Shown one piece after another: positions 35,441-45,496 of a stretch of 64,000 nucleotides of DNA. Position 1 is the first letter of the stretch, and each line of letters begins with the position of its first letter. The translations under genes were made by a program, and so were the position numbers. The DNA lies in assembly GCA_029556545.1 (NCBI GenBank), contig JAKQEQ010000037.1, forward strand, positions 10,315 to 74,314. Reading direction: 5' to 3'. Below the pieces are notes generated by a model. That model was not told the origin of the DNA, made no database searches, and saw nothing but the letters and a program-made list of their open reading frames with translations. This DNA is from Candidatus Hydrogenedentota bacterium. Lineage in GTDB: Bacteria > Hydrogenedentota > Hydrogenedentia > Hydrogenedentales > JAGMZX01.

Positions 35441-37165
35441 ATGAAAATCAACAGATCGAAGATCGCGAGGGCGCGCGGCATGAGTGCAACGTGCTGGTGT
35501 GCGATCATGGGCATATCGGTCGCGCGCGTGGCCGTCGCCGGGCCACCTGAGCGGCTTTTCCCGCCGTGTTCGCCCGTTGCGGCTTCCGTGGACGTAGTCG
35601 ATTTCCGGGATGCGCCGCCGTCGCGGCGGTTGGCGGCAACCACGCTTCAGGGTCTGGTCAATGGGGGCGCGGAGGCGCGCGTGTACCTGCTGCTGCTGCC
35701 CACGGATGCGTTCTGGCTGGACCGCATGGTGGAGAAGGGCCAGATTCGCCAAGTGCGCCGGTTGGCGCCGGAGGCGTTCTTCGCAGAATACGCGCCGCTG
35801 GTGCAGCGGGTTTACGCTTACGACGGGGCCCTGCCGGCGACAATCAATGTCGCCACGATGCTGGCCGCGCTCGAAAACGGGGTCGTGGCCGATCCGGGGG
35901 ACGCGGGGGCGCTGATGCCGGGCAAGCCGATCGAGCACCTCAGTGGCCGCTGGGCGGATGCGGCCTCCACTTATGAATGGGCCTTCATTGAACTGTGGCC
36001 GCGGCTGCGCCATGACGTCCTGGCCTGTTACCACCCGAGCGCGAAGATGACGGGGCTCCGGGATTACCTGGTCCGGCAGCGGGTCTTCACGTTCTGGGTT
36101 TCGGCGCCGGGTGATGAGGGCGCGCCGAATCCGGGGCACGCACGGGAGCGCGCGCTGGCGGAGCGCGTGCTGGCGGCGGCGCCGCCTAATACGGCAATAC
36201 TCGGATTCTGGTACAGTGGTATTGACTCGGGGATCGGCGAATACGACGGGGTGGGGTTGGCGGGGGAATACGGCAAGATCACGGTGGTCTCCGACTGGAG
36301 CACGAACCTCAGTTTTCTGGGCGGCGTATCCGTGGATTTCGCGCCCATCGCGAAGGCGCAACAGGCGCGCCAGGACATTCAAGAGCCCGCGTTCGACCCG
36401 GAGAAAGTCTACATCGGGTTCAACGTCGTCGAGTCGGGCGACGCCCCCTGCTACCTGCAAACGCGGCAGACGGCGGTGTGGGCCGATCCTGACCGGGGGC
36501 GGATCCCCATCGGCTGGGGCATGGGCTTGGGGGCGCTCGAATTGATGCCGCCCGTGGCCGCCCATTTCCTGGAGACGGCCACGCCGAACGATCATTGGTT
36601 CGCGGCGATCTCGGGGGCGGGATATGTCCACCCGTATCGGCGTTTCATGAGCCGCGTCGCAGACCCCGGGGCGGGCTGGTCGGCGTATCTGCGCTTGACC
36701 GAGACCCTGATGGGGCGGGCGGGCTTCGCGGAACTGGGGCTTTACACCGACGCCTGGAAGCCGTATGAGCGGGGCGTGATGGACCCGGTCACGCTTCGGT
36801 TCGCGGAGGGCGTGCCGTCCGCCGCGCTGCTGCTGCTGGGCATGGGCCGGGACGAAGGGGTCACGGCGGCGAACGGGGTTTACACGATTGGCGAACGCGG
36901 CGTGACGGCGGCGCACATCCTGACGCGCTGGCCCACGGACTACGCCGCGCTGGACCGGGAGACGCGCGTTGCGCGGCTGCTTGGCGAAATTCGGGAGCAG
37001 ACGCCGCCCGCGCGCCCGGCCTTCATGCAGGTAATGGCGCTGAGTTGGGCCTATGGTCCGGGCGAGATCGCCGAGGTCGCCGAGGCGCTCGGGCCGGAAT
37101 ATGAGGCGGTGTCCCTGCCGCAGTTCCGCCGCCTGTGGCGCGCGGCTGCCAGTGTTGGCCGCTGA
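35441..37165 (+). CDS. GxGYxYP-domain putative glycoside hydrolase
   Basis: TTLQGLVN, LRDYLV, SGAGYVHP motif; start uncertain. Confidence 0.8.
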   Translation: MKINRSKIARARGMSATCWCAIMGISVARVAVAGPPERLFPPCSPVAASVDVVDFRDAPPSRRLAATTLQGLVNGGAEARVYLLLLPTDAFWLDRMVEKGQIRQVRRLAPEAFFAEYAPLVQRVYAYDGALPATINVATMLAALENGVVADPGDAGALMPGKPIEHLSGRWADAASTYEWAFIELWPRLRHDVLACYHPSAKMTGLRDYLVRQRVFTFWVSAPGDEGAPNPGHARERALAERVLAAAPPNTAILGFWYSGIDSGIGEYDGVGLAGEYGKITVVSDWSTNLSFLGGVSVDFAPIAKAQQARQDIQEPAFDPEKVYIGFNVVESGDAPCYLQTRQTAVWADPDRGRIPIGWGMGLGALELMPPVAAHFLETATPNDHWFAAISGAGYVHPYRRFMSRVADPGAGWSAYLRLTETLMGRAGFAELGLYTDAWKPYERGVMDPVTLRFAEGVPSAALLLLGMGRDEGVTAANGVYTIGERGVTAAHILTRWPTDYAALDRETRVARLLGEIREQTPPARPAFMQVMALSWAYGPGEIAEVAEALGPEYEAVSLPQFRRLWRAAASVGR

Positions 37166-37224
37166 CGCGCGGCCAGGGCTTGCGTGAGCTTCGAATATCG
37201 ACGCATTGCCGGAGCGGGGTTGGG

Positions 37225-38310
37225 TCAGCGTTCCGCTTCGAGCGCGCGCCGCTGCACGCTGATGTCGCGCCGGAACCGCGCGACGGCGCGGTTGTGTTCG
37301 TCGAGGGTGCTGCTGAAGGTGTGGGTGCGTCCGTCGGCATTCGAGACGAAGTAGCGGTAGCTGACGTTGGCGGGCTGCAACGCGGCGCGGAGGCTGGCGC
37401 CGCCGGGATTGGCGATGGGACCGGGCGGCAGTCCCGCGTAGCGGTAGGTGTTGTAAGGCGAGTCCGCCTGCTTGTCCGCTTCGAGCAAGCGTTGGCCGTA
37501 CTTCCCGAGGGCGTATTGCAGCGTCGCGTCGATTTGGAGCGGCATCCCGGCGTCGATCCGGTTATAGATGACCGCCGCGATGAGGGGGCGTTCCTCGTCT
37601 ATCTTGGCTTCCTCCTCGACGAGCGAGGCGACCGTGACCACCGTGAGCGGGTTGACGGCGGGCACATCGCGCGCGAGCCGGACGTATTCCGCCTGAAACT
37701 GGCGGAACATGCGCTCGACCAGGTCGCGGGCCGTCGGCTCCCGGTCGAAGAAATACGTGTTGGGCATGAGGAACCCTTCGAGGGACTCGACCTTGAGGCC
37801 GAGTTCCGCGATGAGATCGGGGTCGCGCGCCGCTTCGAGAAACGCATCGGGGTCCTCGAAGAGGGCGGCGGTCTGCGCGAGGGACAGTCCCTCCGGTATG
37901 GTGACGCGGAACCGGTCCACGTCGATGGGGCGGAGCGGGCCTTCATAGAGCGCGTGCAGCAGTTGCAGGGCGCTGAGGCCGTGGGGGAGTTCGTAGACGC
38001 CGTGACGGATGGGCGTGTTCGCCCCGTCGTACTTGAGGGCGATGCGGAAGAAGAATTCGTGGTCGATGAGCCCGGCGTCGGCAAGCAATTCGCCGACTTT
38101 CTGCGCCGGCACGCCTTCCGGCACGATGAACGTGACGGGCGGCCCCGCCACGCCGGGCTGGAGCGCGTGTTCGTAAATGAGCAACGCGACAAAGCCGACG
38201 GCGATCCCGAGCAGGCCCACCACCACCCAGGCAAGCAATACGGCGCGCACCAGCCACAGCGAAAACCGTGACCGCCTGCGCGGCGCCTGCGCATCCTTTG
38301 CGTTCGTCAC
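37225..38310 (-). CDS. mltG: Endolytic transglycosylase MltG
   Basis: N-terminal TM, VTIPEGL, LEGFLMPNTY, ASLVEEEA, LQIDAT, SPYNTY...GLPPGPIANPG; GTG start inferred. Confidence 0.92.
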   Translation of the reverse strand: MTNAKDAQAPRRRSRFSLWLVRAVLLAWVVVGLLGIAVGFVALLIYEHALQPGVAGPPVTFIVPEGVPAQKVGELLADAGLIDHEFFFRIALKYDGANTPIRHGVYELPHGLSALQLLHALYEGPLRPIDVDRFRVTIPEGLSLAQTAALFEDPDAFLEAARDPDLIAELGLKVESLEGFLMPNTYFFDREPTARDLVERMFRQFQAEYVRLARDVPAVNPLTVVTVASLVEEEAKIDEERPLIAAVIYNRIDAGMPLQIDATLQYALGKYGQRLLEADKQADSPYNTYRYAGLPPGPIANPGGASLRAALQPANVSYRYFVSNADGRTHTFSSTLDEHNRAVARFRRDISVQRRALEAER

Positions 38311-38360
38311 TTCTTCCGCGTCCTCCGCGTCCTCCGCGTGTCGCGCGCGTTTCGCGTCGC

Positions 38361-38816
38361 CTACGTTTCTTCCGCCCTCTTCGCGGCCGCAAGGCGGTCC
38401 AGGAACGAGCGCAGAATCTCGGCGGCCGCGACTTGATCGATCACCTTGCGGCGTTTGCGGCCGCGGACCTCCGCCATGCGCAGGGAGCGCTCCGCCCCGG
38501 CCGTGGTGAACCGCTCGTCCACGGTCTCGACCGGTATATCCAGCGCCGCGCGCAGTTGTTCCACGAAGGCGAGCACCTTTTCCGCCTGCGGGCCGGGTTT
38601 GCCCTCGCGGTCGTAGGGCACGCCCACGACGACGCAGACGGCCTCCGTCTCGGCGACGGCGCGACGTACCGCCTCGATATTGGCCGCCGGGGCGGCCATG
38701 GCGATGGTGTCGCGCGGCGACGCGATCATGCGCATGGGGTCGCTGACCGCGACGCCCGTGCGCACTTCGCCCACGTCCAACGCGAGGACGCGGCCCATTT
38801 CCGGCAGAGAGATCAT
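38361..38816 (-). CDS. ruvX: Holliday junction resolvase-like RuvX/YqgF
   Basis: LALDVGEVRTGVAVSD, VVGVP, VDERFTT, IDQVAAAEIL; upstream of mltG as usual. Confidence 0.93.
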   Translation of the reverse strand: MISLPEMGRVLALDVGEVRTGVAVSDPMRMIASPRDTIAMAAPAANIEAVRRAVAETEAVCVVVGVPYDREGKPGPQAEKVLAFVEQLRAALDIPVETVDERFTTAGAERSLRMAEVRGRKRRKVIDQVAAAEILRSFLDRLAAAKRAEET

Positions 38817-38952
38817 GGTGTGATTCCGTTTCGTCTCGTGGTCGGGCGCTTACTATACCATCCGCGTCGGTCGGGGGCATCTCACGGGCCAGCGCGGCAT
38901 TTTTGCCGCGACCAGAATCTTGCGTCGGCGAGTGCAGTAAGTGACACACCTG

Positions 38953-39089
38953 GGCCGAAAGGACCAAAAGGACCAAGAGGACCAAAAGGACGGAAAGAAG
39001 GACTTGGTTCGGGCACACGCTTTGCAGGCTTTGCGTCTTGGCGTGAGGGTTCTTCTCTTGCGTCACGCAAGGACACCAAGGTCGCAAAG
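38953..39089. repeat. 9-bp periodic GGACCAAAA tandem followed by an imperfect inverted pair
   Basis: GGACCAAAA GGACCAAGA GGACCAAAA GGACGGAAA; then CTTTGCAGGCTTTGCGTCTTGGCGTGA ... TCACGCAAGGACACCAAGGTCGCAAAG. Confidence 0.75.
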
Positions 39090-39124
39090 AATGCCCCTCC
39101 GCGTGGGAATGGGCGAGGGTTCAT

Positions 39125-39985
39125 CTACCGCGGCTGATCTCCCGACGGCGACTCCGCGTGCGCCCGATCCCGTCGTGCGCGGCGCACCTCGTCCATGAAG
39201 CGCGCGAACAGCGCGTCGAACCGGGCGTCCTTCGCGCGCAGCCGCTCGGGGTGGAACTGGACGCCGAGCATGAACGGCGGTTCCCGGCGCTCGATGGCCT
39301 CGACGAGGCCGTCCTCGGTTCGCGCGGACACGACGAACCCGTCCGCGAGCCGCTTCACCGCTTGATGATGATACGTATTCACGACCAGCCGCGTGACGCC
39401 GAAAACCTCGTGCAGCACCGTGCCTTCCTCGATCACGATGGGATGCTCCCGCCGTTCCTTGCTCGATAACGGGAACCGGTGCGCGACCGGCGGGTTCCCC
39501 TCGAAATGCGACGGGATGTCCTGGGTGAGCGACCCGCCGAAATGGACGTTCATCACCTGGTGCCCGCGACAAATCCCGAGCACCGGCAGCCCGCGCTCGA
39601 TCGCGTAGTCAAGCGCCGTGAATTCGAGTTCGTCCAGCGCCGCATCCGTCTCCTCGAGCTTGTCATGCCGATCCTCGCCGTAGAACTTCGGGTCCACGTC
39701 GATCCCGCCCGGCAACAACACCCCGTCCAACGACGCGAGCGCCGCGTCGAGCGCCGCCCGATCAAACGACTGCGCCAACACGGCCACCGCGCCGCCGTTC
39801 TCCTCGATGGCCGCGCGATACCGCCGCAGGTCGTCCTTGCCCTCCCGTTCGAGCCGATCGTGCTGCGCCGTCGTATACACCACGCCGATGACCGGCGTTT
39901 CCGCCGCAGCCCACGCGAGAGCCAGACACAACGACAAGACCGCGAAGATAACGCGCTTGCACCTTGAATGCTTCCTGTCCCGCAT
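39125..39985 (-). CDS. Gamma-glutamyl-gamma-aminobutyrate hydrolase family (peptidase C26) protein, exported
   Basis: LLPGGIDVDP, LGICRGHQ, YHHQAV, GVQFHPE. Confidence 0.9.
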   Translation of the reverse strand: MRDRKHSRCKRVIFAVLSLCLALAWAAAETPVIGVVYTTAQHDRLEREGKDDLRRYRAAIEENGGAVAVLAQSFDRAALDAALASLDGVLLPGGIDVDPKFYGEDRHDKLEETDAALDELEFTALDYAIERGLPVLGICRGHQVMNVHFGGSLTQDIPSHFEGNPPVAHRFPLSSKERREHPIVIEEGTVLHEVFGVTRLVVNTYHHQAVKRLADGFVVSARTEDGLVEAIERREPPFMLGVQFHPERLRAKDARFDALFARFMDEVRRARRDRAHAESPSGDQPR

Positions 39986-40013
39986 CGTTGCTCCTCTGTT
40001 CGCGCCCTACGCC

Positions 40014-40086
40014 GTGGCATAGGCGACCCGCCCATGATTCAGGGGTCGCCCTCGGAAGTCAATCACGGGCGAGACGCCTGTGCAGC
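40014..40086. repeat. Degenerate inverted REP doublet
   Basis: GTGGCATAGGCGACCCGCCCATG and the opposed CACGGGCGAGACGCCTGTGCAGC. Confidence 0.55.
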
Positions 40087-41601
40087 CGCGGGACTATTCG
40101 GCGCGATGCGCGCCTGGAGGTAGCGGAGGGTGTTGCCGACCTGGCCGAGGAGGTCGATGGTGTTGGAGGGGGCGTTTCCGGCGCGGACGCCGGCGAGGCA
40201 GAAGGACGGTAGCGGGGCTTGGGCGGGAATGGGGATGAGGGGCGGGTTCTCGACGGGGGGATGGACCTGGAGGAGCTTGTTGCCGGGGTCGGGTCCGGTG
40301 ACGTAGAGGACGGCGTAGAGAGTGCCATCGGCGGCGACGTGGAGCCGGGCGCAGCCGGGTTGGGTGTTTTCGTCGCCGGGGTAGAGGAGGCGGCGCGCGA
40401 TGACCGCGCCGGCGTCGGCGGCCGCGGCAGCCGCTTCGTCGGACTTATCGGACAGATCGGACTGATCGGACGGATCGGACGGATCGGACCGATCGGACCG
40501 ATCAGACCGATCAGACCTATCGGGCTTATCGGTTTTGTCGCAGTTGTCCATGTCGTCCGTAGCGGGGCCCTCGGGCGCCGGGCCGCCGCTCACGATGGCG
40601 AGGCGCAGCGAGGCGATGATGGACTTTCCGGGGAAGAACTTGTCGCGCAGGAGGGCGGAGGCCACTTCGCGCTCGGTGTAGAGGATGTAGGCGTCGCCGT
40701 CGGGGCTGATCCAGAGGTCCTGGTTCGAGATGTGGCCGCCGGTGGCGTCGACGTTGGCGATGTCGAGGGGCGCGGCGAAGGCCGACTTGGCGATGTCGTG
40801 CGTTCGGGTGTAGTAGAGGATGCGGAAGACGTAGTCCCACGCGCTTTGGGTCTGATCGAACTTGTAGGTCCGCCACTCGGGGATCGGCTCGACGATGTCG
40901 CCGATGGCCAGGACGTGAACGGCGTTCCCGCGCAGCGCGACCTGGGGGTAGCAGGCGCGAATCGGGAAGCTGACGGACGCCGTGCCGACGGTCTCCCCGT
41001 CGGCGGTCATGAGGCAGGCGTTCTGCTCGCTGGTGTTCGCGTCGATGTTGAGCAGGACCACTTTGCCCGCGGGCGGGTCCGCCGCGAAGCCGCGGTAGCT
41101 GTGGTCGGTGAAGGTGTGTTGTTTGGCCCAGGCGGGTGAGAGCTTGGCGCGCGCGACCTCGCCGTCCGTGAACGTGAAACGGAGCACGTGAGGCTCGCAG
41201 TTGCCGTACTTCGTGCCGGGGGGCTGGGTCGAGTCGTTCACGGACAGGAAAAGCGTGTCGCCGATGACGGCGAGCGGGCACGGCTCGCGTTGGACGAAGC
41301 GGTCGGCCTCGGCGACGGCCACCCAGCCCGCGTCACGGCGTTCGAGGAGGCGCCAGCGGGTGTTGCTGAGCGGCGGGACGCCTTCGCCGGTCTCCATCTG
41401 GCAGACGAAGACGCGGTCGTCGGCGCGGGCGATCTCGGTGCTGCCGTAGGCCCACATGGGCCCGGACCCGTTGTCGGGGCTCACGAAGGCGTAGACTTCT
41501 TCTTCGGCGAGCACCTGGACCTCGACGGCACCGGCGACGCACGTCAGGCAGGTGAGGAACACGAGGAGCAGTAGTCCGCGCTTGTTCGTGGAGTCTTGCA
41601 T
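40063..41601 (-). CDS. Exported hypothetical protein (probable beta-propeller) with an in-frame repeat insert
   Basis: Signal peptide; beta-rich; internal (D-x-S)n tract. Confidence 0.75.
   Translation of the reverse strand: MQDSTNKRGLLLLVFLTCLTCVAGAVEVQVLAEEEVYAFVSPDNGSGPMWAYGSTEIARADDRVFVCQMETGEGVPPLSNTRWRLLERRDAGWVAVAEADRFVQREPCPLAVIGDTLFLSVNDSTQPPGTKYGNCEPHVLRFTFTDGEVARAKLSPAWAKQHTFTDHSYRGFAADPPAGKVVLLNIDANTSEQNACLMTADGETVGTASVSFPIRACYPQVALRGNAVHVLAIGDIVEPIPEWRTYKFDQTQSAWDYVFRILYYTRTHDIAKSAFAAPLDIANVDATGGHISNQDLWISPDGDAYILYTEREVASALLRDKFFPGKSIIASLRLAIVSGGPAPEGPATDDMDNCDKTDKPDRSDRSDRSDRSDPSDPSDQSDLSDKSDEAAAAAADAGAVIARRLLYPGDENTQPGCARLHVAADGTLYAVLYVTGPDPGNKLLQVHPPVENPPLIPIPAQAPLPSFCLAGVRAGNAPSNTIDLLGQVGNTLRYLQARIAPNSPAAAQASRP
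40437..40559. repeat. 9-bp periodic tandem (TCGGACCGA-like) inside the CDS
   Basis: About 13 degenerate units encoding DKTDKPDRSDRSDRSDRSDPSDPSDQSDLSDKSD. Confidence 0.85.
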
Positions 41602-41635
41602 GATTTTTCAGCCTCTTCTGACGTCTGGTTAGGTG

Positions 41636-43297
41636 CTATTCTTGTGTTTCTGGGTTCCCGCTTTCGCGGGAATGACGGATAGGAGCGCCGCTTTCCTCGG
41701 GTATGTACCGGCCCGGCGCGAGGATGCCGGCGGGATCGAGGGCGCGCTTGAGGTCGCGGAGCAGGTCTTGGAAGGTATCGTCGTCGCGCCAGAGTCGGGC
41801 CATGCCGTGGACGGCCACCCGGTAAGGGGGATAGCCCGCGTCGAGGAGGGCGTCCATGACGGCGTGGTAGCAGCGGGCGGCGGCGGCGCATTCTTCAGAG
41901 AGCGTCTTGTCGAAGGAGATGTTGAAGATGCCGATCATGGCGCGCTCGTTGATGAAGGTGAAGGTGGCGAGCAGGTCGAAGCCGGCCTCGTGGAAGCGCG
42001 GCGCGACGATATCGAGGACGGCGCGGGCGTCTTCGCCTGTGGCGGGGACGACGGGGGATATCCAAAGCAGGCCGCAGGCTGCGGCGAGGGGATCGTCCCA
42101 TTGCGCAGGGGCTTTCCGCAGCCGCCAGGCGAGGGCCTGCAACGGGAAGTCCGTGGGGATGCCCTTCAGGAGGCCGTAGTTTGGGCGGAGGGCTTCGAGT
42201 TGCCGCCGCAAGCGCGCGCCGAGCCCGAATCGCCCGAGCGCGCCCGCGACCCAATTGCCCAGGGCAAGGCGGGCGTCGTCGACGAAGACGACGCGGCCGA
42301 GGCCGCGCATGGCGCGCTTGAGCATGCGGCGCGCGCCGCGCACCTGATCGCGCGTCCCGGTCAGACTGCCGGACACGTTCCATGCGCCGACGCCCCAGCG
42401 CGCCCGGAGCGCCGCGCGCACGGGATCGGGCAGGGGCGTGCGCCCGTCTGCGGCCTCCCAGGGATATTGCTGCTGGCTGCTGACAATGCGGAGGTCGTTG
42501 CCGACGTGTACGGCGCTGTTCAACACGCCGTCCATGCGGAGGGCGCGCAGGCGATCGATGACCGGTTCGAGGGCGGCATCGCGGTCGACTTTGACGTAGA
42601 AGAAGGTGAATGCGCGGGGCGCGGGCTGGAGCCAGAGACCGAGTTTCGTGACGATGCCGAGGTTGGACTGCATGAACAGGCCGTCGACCGCGGGCCCGAC
42701 GCCGTAGGGGTAGACGTGGACGGTCCGCGCGTTCGCATGATGGCCGAAGCCGGTGAGGACCGCGCGCCCGTTCGGCAGGACGACCTCGATGCCGCAGGTG
42801 GTGCGCACGTGGTCGCCATAGGGGGTGTGGCCGAAGCCGCGTTCGAGCGCGTTGCCCACGATGCTCGCGTCGGGCCCCGCGCCGGTGGCGTCCATCCAAT
42901 AATCGGGGGCGTGGCGCCGGAGGTGATCGAAGAGTTGTTGTTGCGTGACGCCCGGCTCGATGACGACGTAGCCGAGGCGCGTGTCCAATTCGAGGATGCG
43001 GTTCATGCGGCCGAGATCGAGGATGACCGCGCCTTCCGTCGGGGCGCAGGCGTCGCCGTAGCCCAGGTTGCGTCCGCGCGAAATGGGATACAACGCGACC
43101 CGGTGATCATTCGCGAGGCGGACAATCGCGGCGACCTCTTCCGTCGTCGCCGGGAAAAGGACGGCGGCGGGCCGCGTGCCCGCGGGTTGCGTCGTGCGCG
43201 CGTAGCGGTCGCGGGCGGTCGCATCGGCGCACACCGCGTCGTCCGGCAGGACCTCGCGCATGGCGCGCAGAAACGCCTCGATATCGGGCGTGCTCAT
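41636..43297 (-). CDS. FAD-binding oxidoreductase, VAO/p-cresol methylhydroxylase flavoprotein family
   Basis: PISRGRNLGYG, VIEPGVT, GNALERGFGHTPYGDH, QSNLGIVT, LDPAGILAPGRY. Confidence 0.9.
   Translation of the reverse strand: MSTPDIEAFLRAMREVLPDDAVCADATARDRYARTTQPAGTRPAAVLFPATTEEVAAIVRLANDHRVALYPISRGRNLGYGDACAPTEGAVILDLGRMNRILELDTRLGYVVIEPGVTQQQLFDHLRRHAPDYWMDATGAGPDASIVGNALERGFGHTPYGDHVRTTCGIEVVLPNGRAVLTGFGHHANARTVHVYPYGVGPAVDGLFMQSNLGIVTKLGLWLQPAPRAFTFFYVKVDRDAALEPVIDRLRALRMDGVLNSAVHVGNDLRIVSSQQQYPWEAADGRTPLPDPVRAALRARWGVGAWNVSGSLTGTRDQVRGARRMLKRAMRGLGRVVFVDDARLALGNWVAGALGRFGLGARLRRQLEALRPNYGLLKGIPTDFPLQALAWRLRKAPAQWDDPLAAACGLLWISPVVPATGEDARAVLDIVAPRFHEAGFDLLATFTFINERAMIGIFNISFDKTLSEECAAAARCYHAVMDALLDAGYPPYRVAVHGMARLWRDDDTFQDLLRDLKRALDPAGILAPGRYIPEESGAPIRHSRESGNPETQE
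41650..41678. repeat. Short palindromic dispersed repeat (TTCCC-N8-GGGAAT type)
   Basis: GGTTCCCGCTTTCGCGGGAATGAC overlapping the CDS end. Confidence 0.55.
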
Positions 43298-43543
43298 GGC
43301 GGCGACTCCTCCCGCGCGAGTGTAGCATGGGCTTGCGCGGCGGCGCGAAGGAAGCAGGCGAGGCGAACCCTCCGGCGCACGTAAACTCCTTGGACAATTG
43401 GCGGTGTAACGTGCAAGAATCCCTAACGAGTAATCTGGCGTTTCGGCGCGGCGCTTCGGGGCGCGCGCGGACGTCATCGAAGTTGCGGGTTGGACGTCAG
43501 ACATGACAGGCCCGTCTTGAAATCAGACACGGAACGGAGCCAC

Positions 43544-44641
43544 GTGGAAACAACCGTACTTAACGTCGCGCTCGGCGCGCGGTCCTACCCGATCCATATC
43601 GGGGAGGACACGCTGGACAGGCTGCCGGAAGTCCTGCGCGGTGTAGGCGCGCGCGGGGCGGTGGGTCTCGTGACGGACACGCAGGTGGGCCTGCTCCATG
43701 GGGCGCGGGTCGAGGCGCTGGTGGCGGCGGCGGGCTTCCGTTGCGTGACGTACACGATGCCAGCGGGGGAAGAGCACAAGCGGCTCGATGAAATCGAGAA
43801 GATGTGCGGCTGCTTTCTCGATGGGGGGCTTGACCGGTCGAGCCTGATCATCGCGCTTGGCGGCGGGGTACCGGGCGACATGGCGGGGTTCGCGGCGGCG
43901 GTCTTCATGCGCGGGGTGCCGTTTGTGCAGATTCCGACGACGATCGTGGCGCAGGTCGATTCGAGCGTGGGCGGGAAGACGGGGGTGAACCATCCGCTGA
44001 GCAAGAACAGCATCGGCGCGTTCCACCAGCCGCGGGCGGTGATCATCGATATGGCGCTGCTGCGCACGCTGCCGGAGCGGGAACTGCGCGCGGGTCTGGC
44101 CGAGGTCATCAAGCACGGCGTCATCGCGGACGCGGCGCTGTTCGCCTATATGGAGGAGCGTCGGGACGCGGTATTGGGCATGGACCTCGAGGCGCTGCGT
44201 GTTCCGATAGTGCGGTCGTGCGAGATCAAATCGGTCATCGTGGCCGAGGACGAGACGGAGCAGGGCCGGCGCGCGAATTTGAACTACGGGCATACGTTCG
44301 GGCACGCCATCGAGGTGGTAACGGATTTTGCGCGTTTCCTGCACGGCGAGGCGGTGGCGCTGGGCATGTGCGCGGCGGCGGCGCTCGCGCGGGACCTTGG
44401 CATGGTGGATGACGGGTTTGTCGCGCGGCAGCGCCGGTGCCTCGCTGCGTACGGCCTGCCTACGGCGTGGGCGGAGTTGCCCGTCGAGGACACGCTGCGC
44501 GCGATGCGCAAGGACAAGAAGGTGCGGGCCGGAACGATGAAGTTTATCCTGCCGACGGCGCTGGGCGTTGTCGTGCAGCGGACGGACGTGGACGAGGCGC
44601 AGGCGCGGGCCGCGCTCGAGGCGCTGCGGTCGGGCGCATAA
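43544..44641 (+). CDS. aroB: 3-dehydroquinate synthase
   Basis: ALGGGVPGD, QIPTT, DSSVGGKTGVN, NLNYGHTFGHAIE, LHGEAV. Confidence 0.96.
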   Translation: METTVLNVALGARSYPIHIGEDTLDRLPEVLRGVGARGAVGLVTDTQVGLLHGARVEALVAAAGFRCVTYTMPAGEEHKRLDEIEKMCGCFLDGGLDRSSLIIALGGGVPGDMAGFAAAVFMRGVPFVQIPTTIVAQVDSSVGGKTGVNHPLSKNSIGAFHQPRAVIIDMALLRTLPERELRAGLAEVIKHGVIADAALFAYMEERRDAVLGMDLEALRVPIVRSCEIKSVIVAEDETEQGRRANLNYGHTFGHAIEVVTDFARFLHGEAVALGMCAAAALARDLGMVDDGFVARQRRCLAAYGLPTAWAELPVEDTLRAMRKDKKVRAGTMKFILPTALGVVVQRTDVDEAQARAALEALRSGA

Positions 44642-44653
44642 GAGGAGTATCCG

Positions 44654-45496
44654 ATGGCTTTCGGAGGCGAAAGTGCGGAGAGTTACTATGACGAGGGGCT
44701 GACCGCCGCTATGAAGGGCGACGTCGAGCAGGCCATTGCGCTATTCAAGCAGGCGGTGCAGCTCGACAGTTCCTTCCTTGCCGCGTTCCACCAACTCGCG
44801 CGGTGCTACCTGCGCACGGGCCAGTCGGAGAAGGCGGCGGAGCTGCTGCGTCGGGTGCTGGCGATCAACCCGAGGCTTGTCCCGCCGCGCGTGGATTTGG
44901 GTTTCGCGCTGCTCGAGCTTGGTCACGCGGAGGAAGCGCGCAAGCACTTCAGCGACGCCATCGCGATCAAGGAGAATGATGCTCGCGCCCATCTCGGCCT
45001 TTCCCAATGCGCTTATGACGAGTGCCAATGGGACGCCGCGACGGAGTTGGCGCGGGCGGCGGTGAATTTGGGCGGCGCCAATTTCGCGGGGCTGTTCCTG
45101 CTGGGTCGGGCGGCGCGTCTGGCGGGGTTTCTCGAGGACGCCGCCGAGGCCCTCACCCGAGCGGACGCACTCCTCGAGAAGTCCATCGAATCGAGTCCGG
45201 AGGCGCCCGAGGCGTATTATCTTCGGGGAGAGGTCTGCTTCGTGAAGGAGGACTACACGAAGGCGCTGGACTTCTTCCGCGCGGCGGAGGACCGCGCCGA
45301 GCCGGGACGCCGCTACACGAGCTACGGCGAGACGTTCACGCGCGCGGACGTGCTCGCGAAGCGCGGGCTCTGCCTGCAACATCTGGGCCGCATCGAGAAC
45401 GCGCGCGAACTGGGCGAACAGATTCTTCTCCTTGATCCGAATCATCGTCTCGGCGCGGCGCTGGCCGACCTCGGCAAGGAAGGCGGTGAGCCATGA
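44654..45496 (+). CDS. Tetratricopeptide repeat protein
   Basis: Repeated TPR-like helices (A..F..A..LD, PEAYYLRG). Confidence 0.85.
   Translation: MAFGGESAESYYDEGLTAAMKGDVEQAIALFKQAVQLDSSFLAAFHQLARCYLRTGQSEKAAELLRRVLAINPRLVPPRVDLGFALLELGHAEEARKHFSDAIAIKENDARAHLGLSQCAYDECQWDAATELARAAVNLGGANFAGLFLLGRAARLAGFLEDAAEALTRADALLEKSIESSPEAPEAYYLRGEVCFVKEDYTKALDFFRAAEDRAEPGRRYTSYGETFTRADVLAKRGLCLQHLGRIENARELGEQILLLDPNHRLGAALADLGKEGGEP

Noticed and set aside
37225-39087. 620-aa extended MltG
   Set aside because: The extension overlaps ruvX and intergenic repeats; the real start is near 38310.
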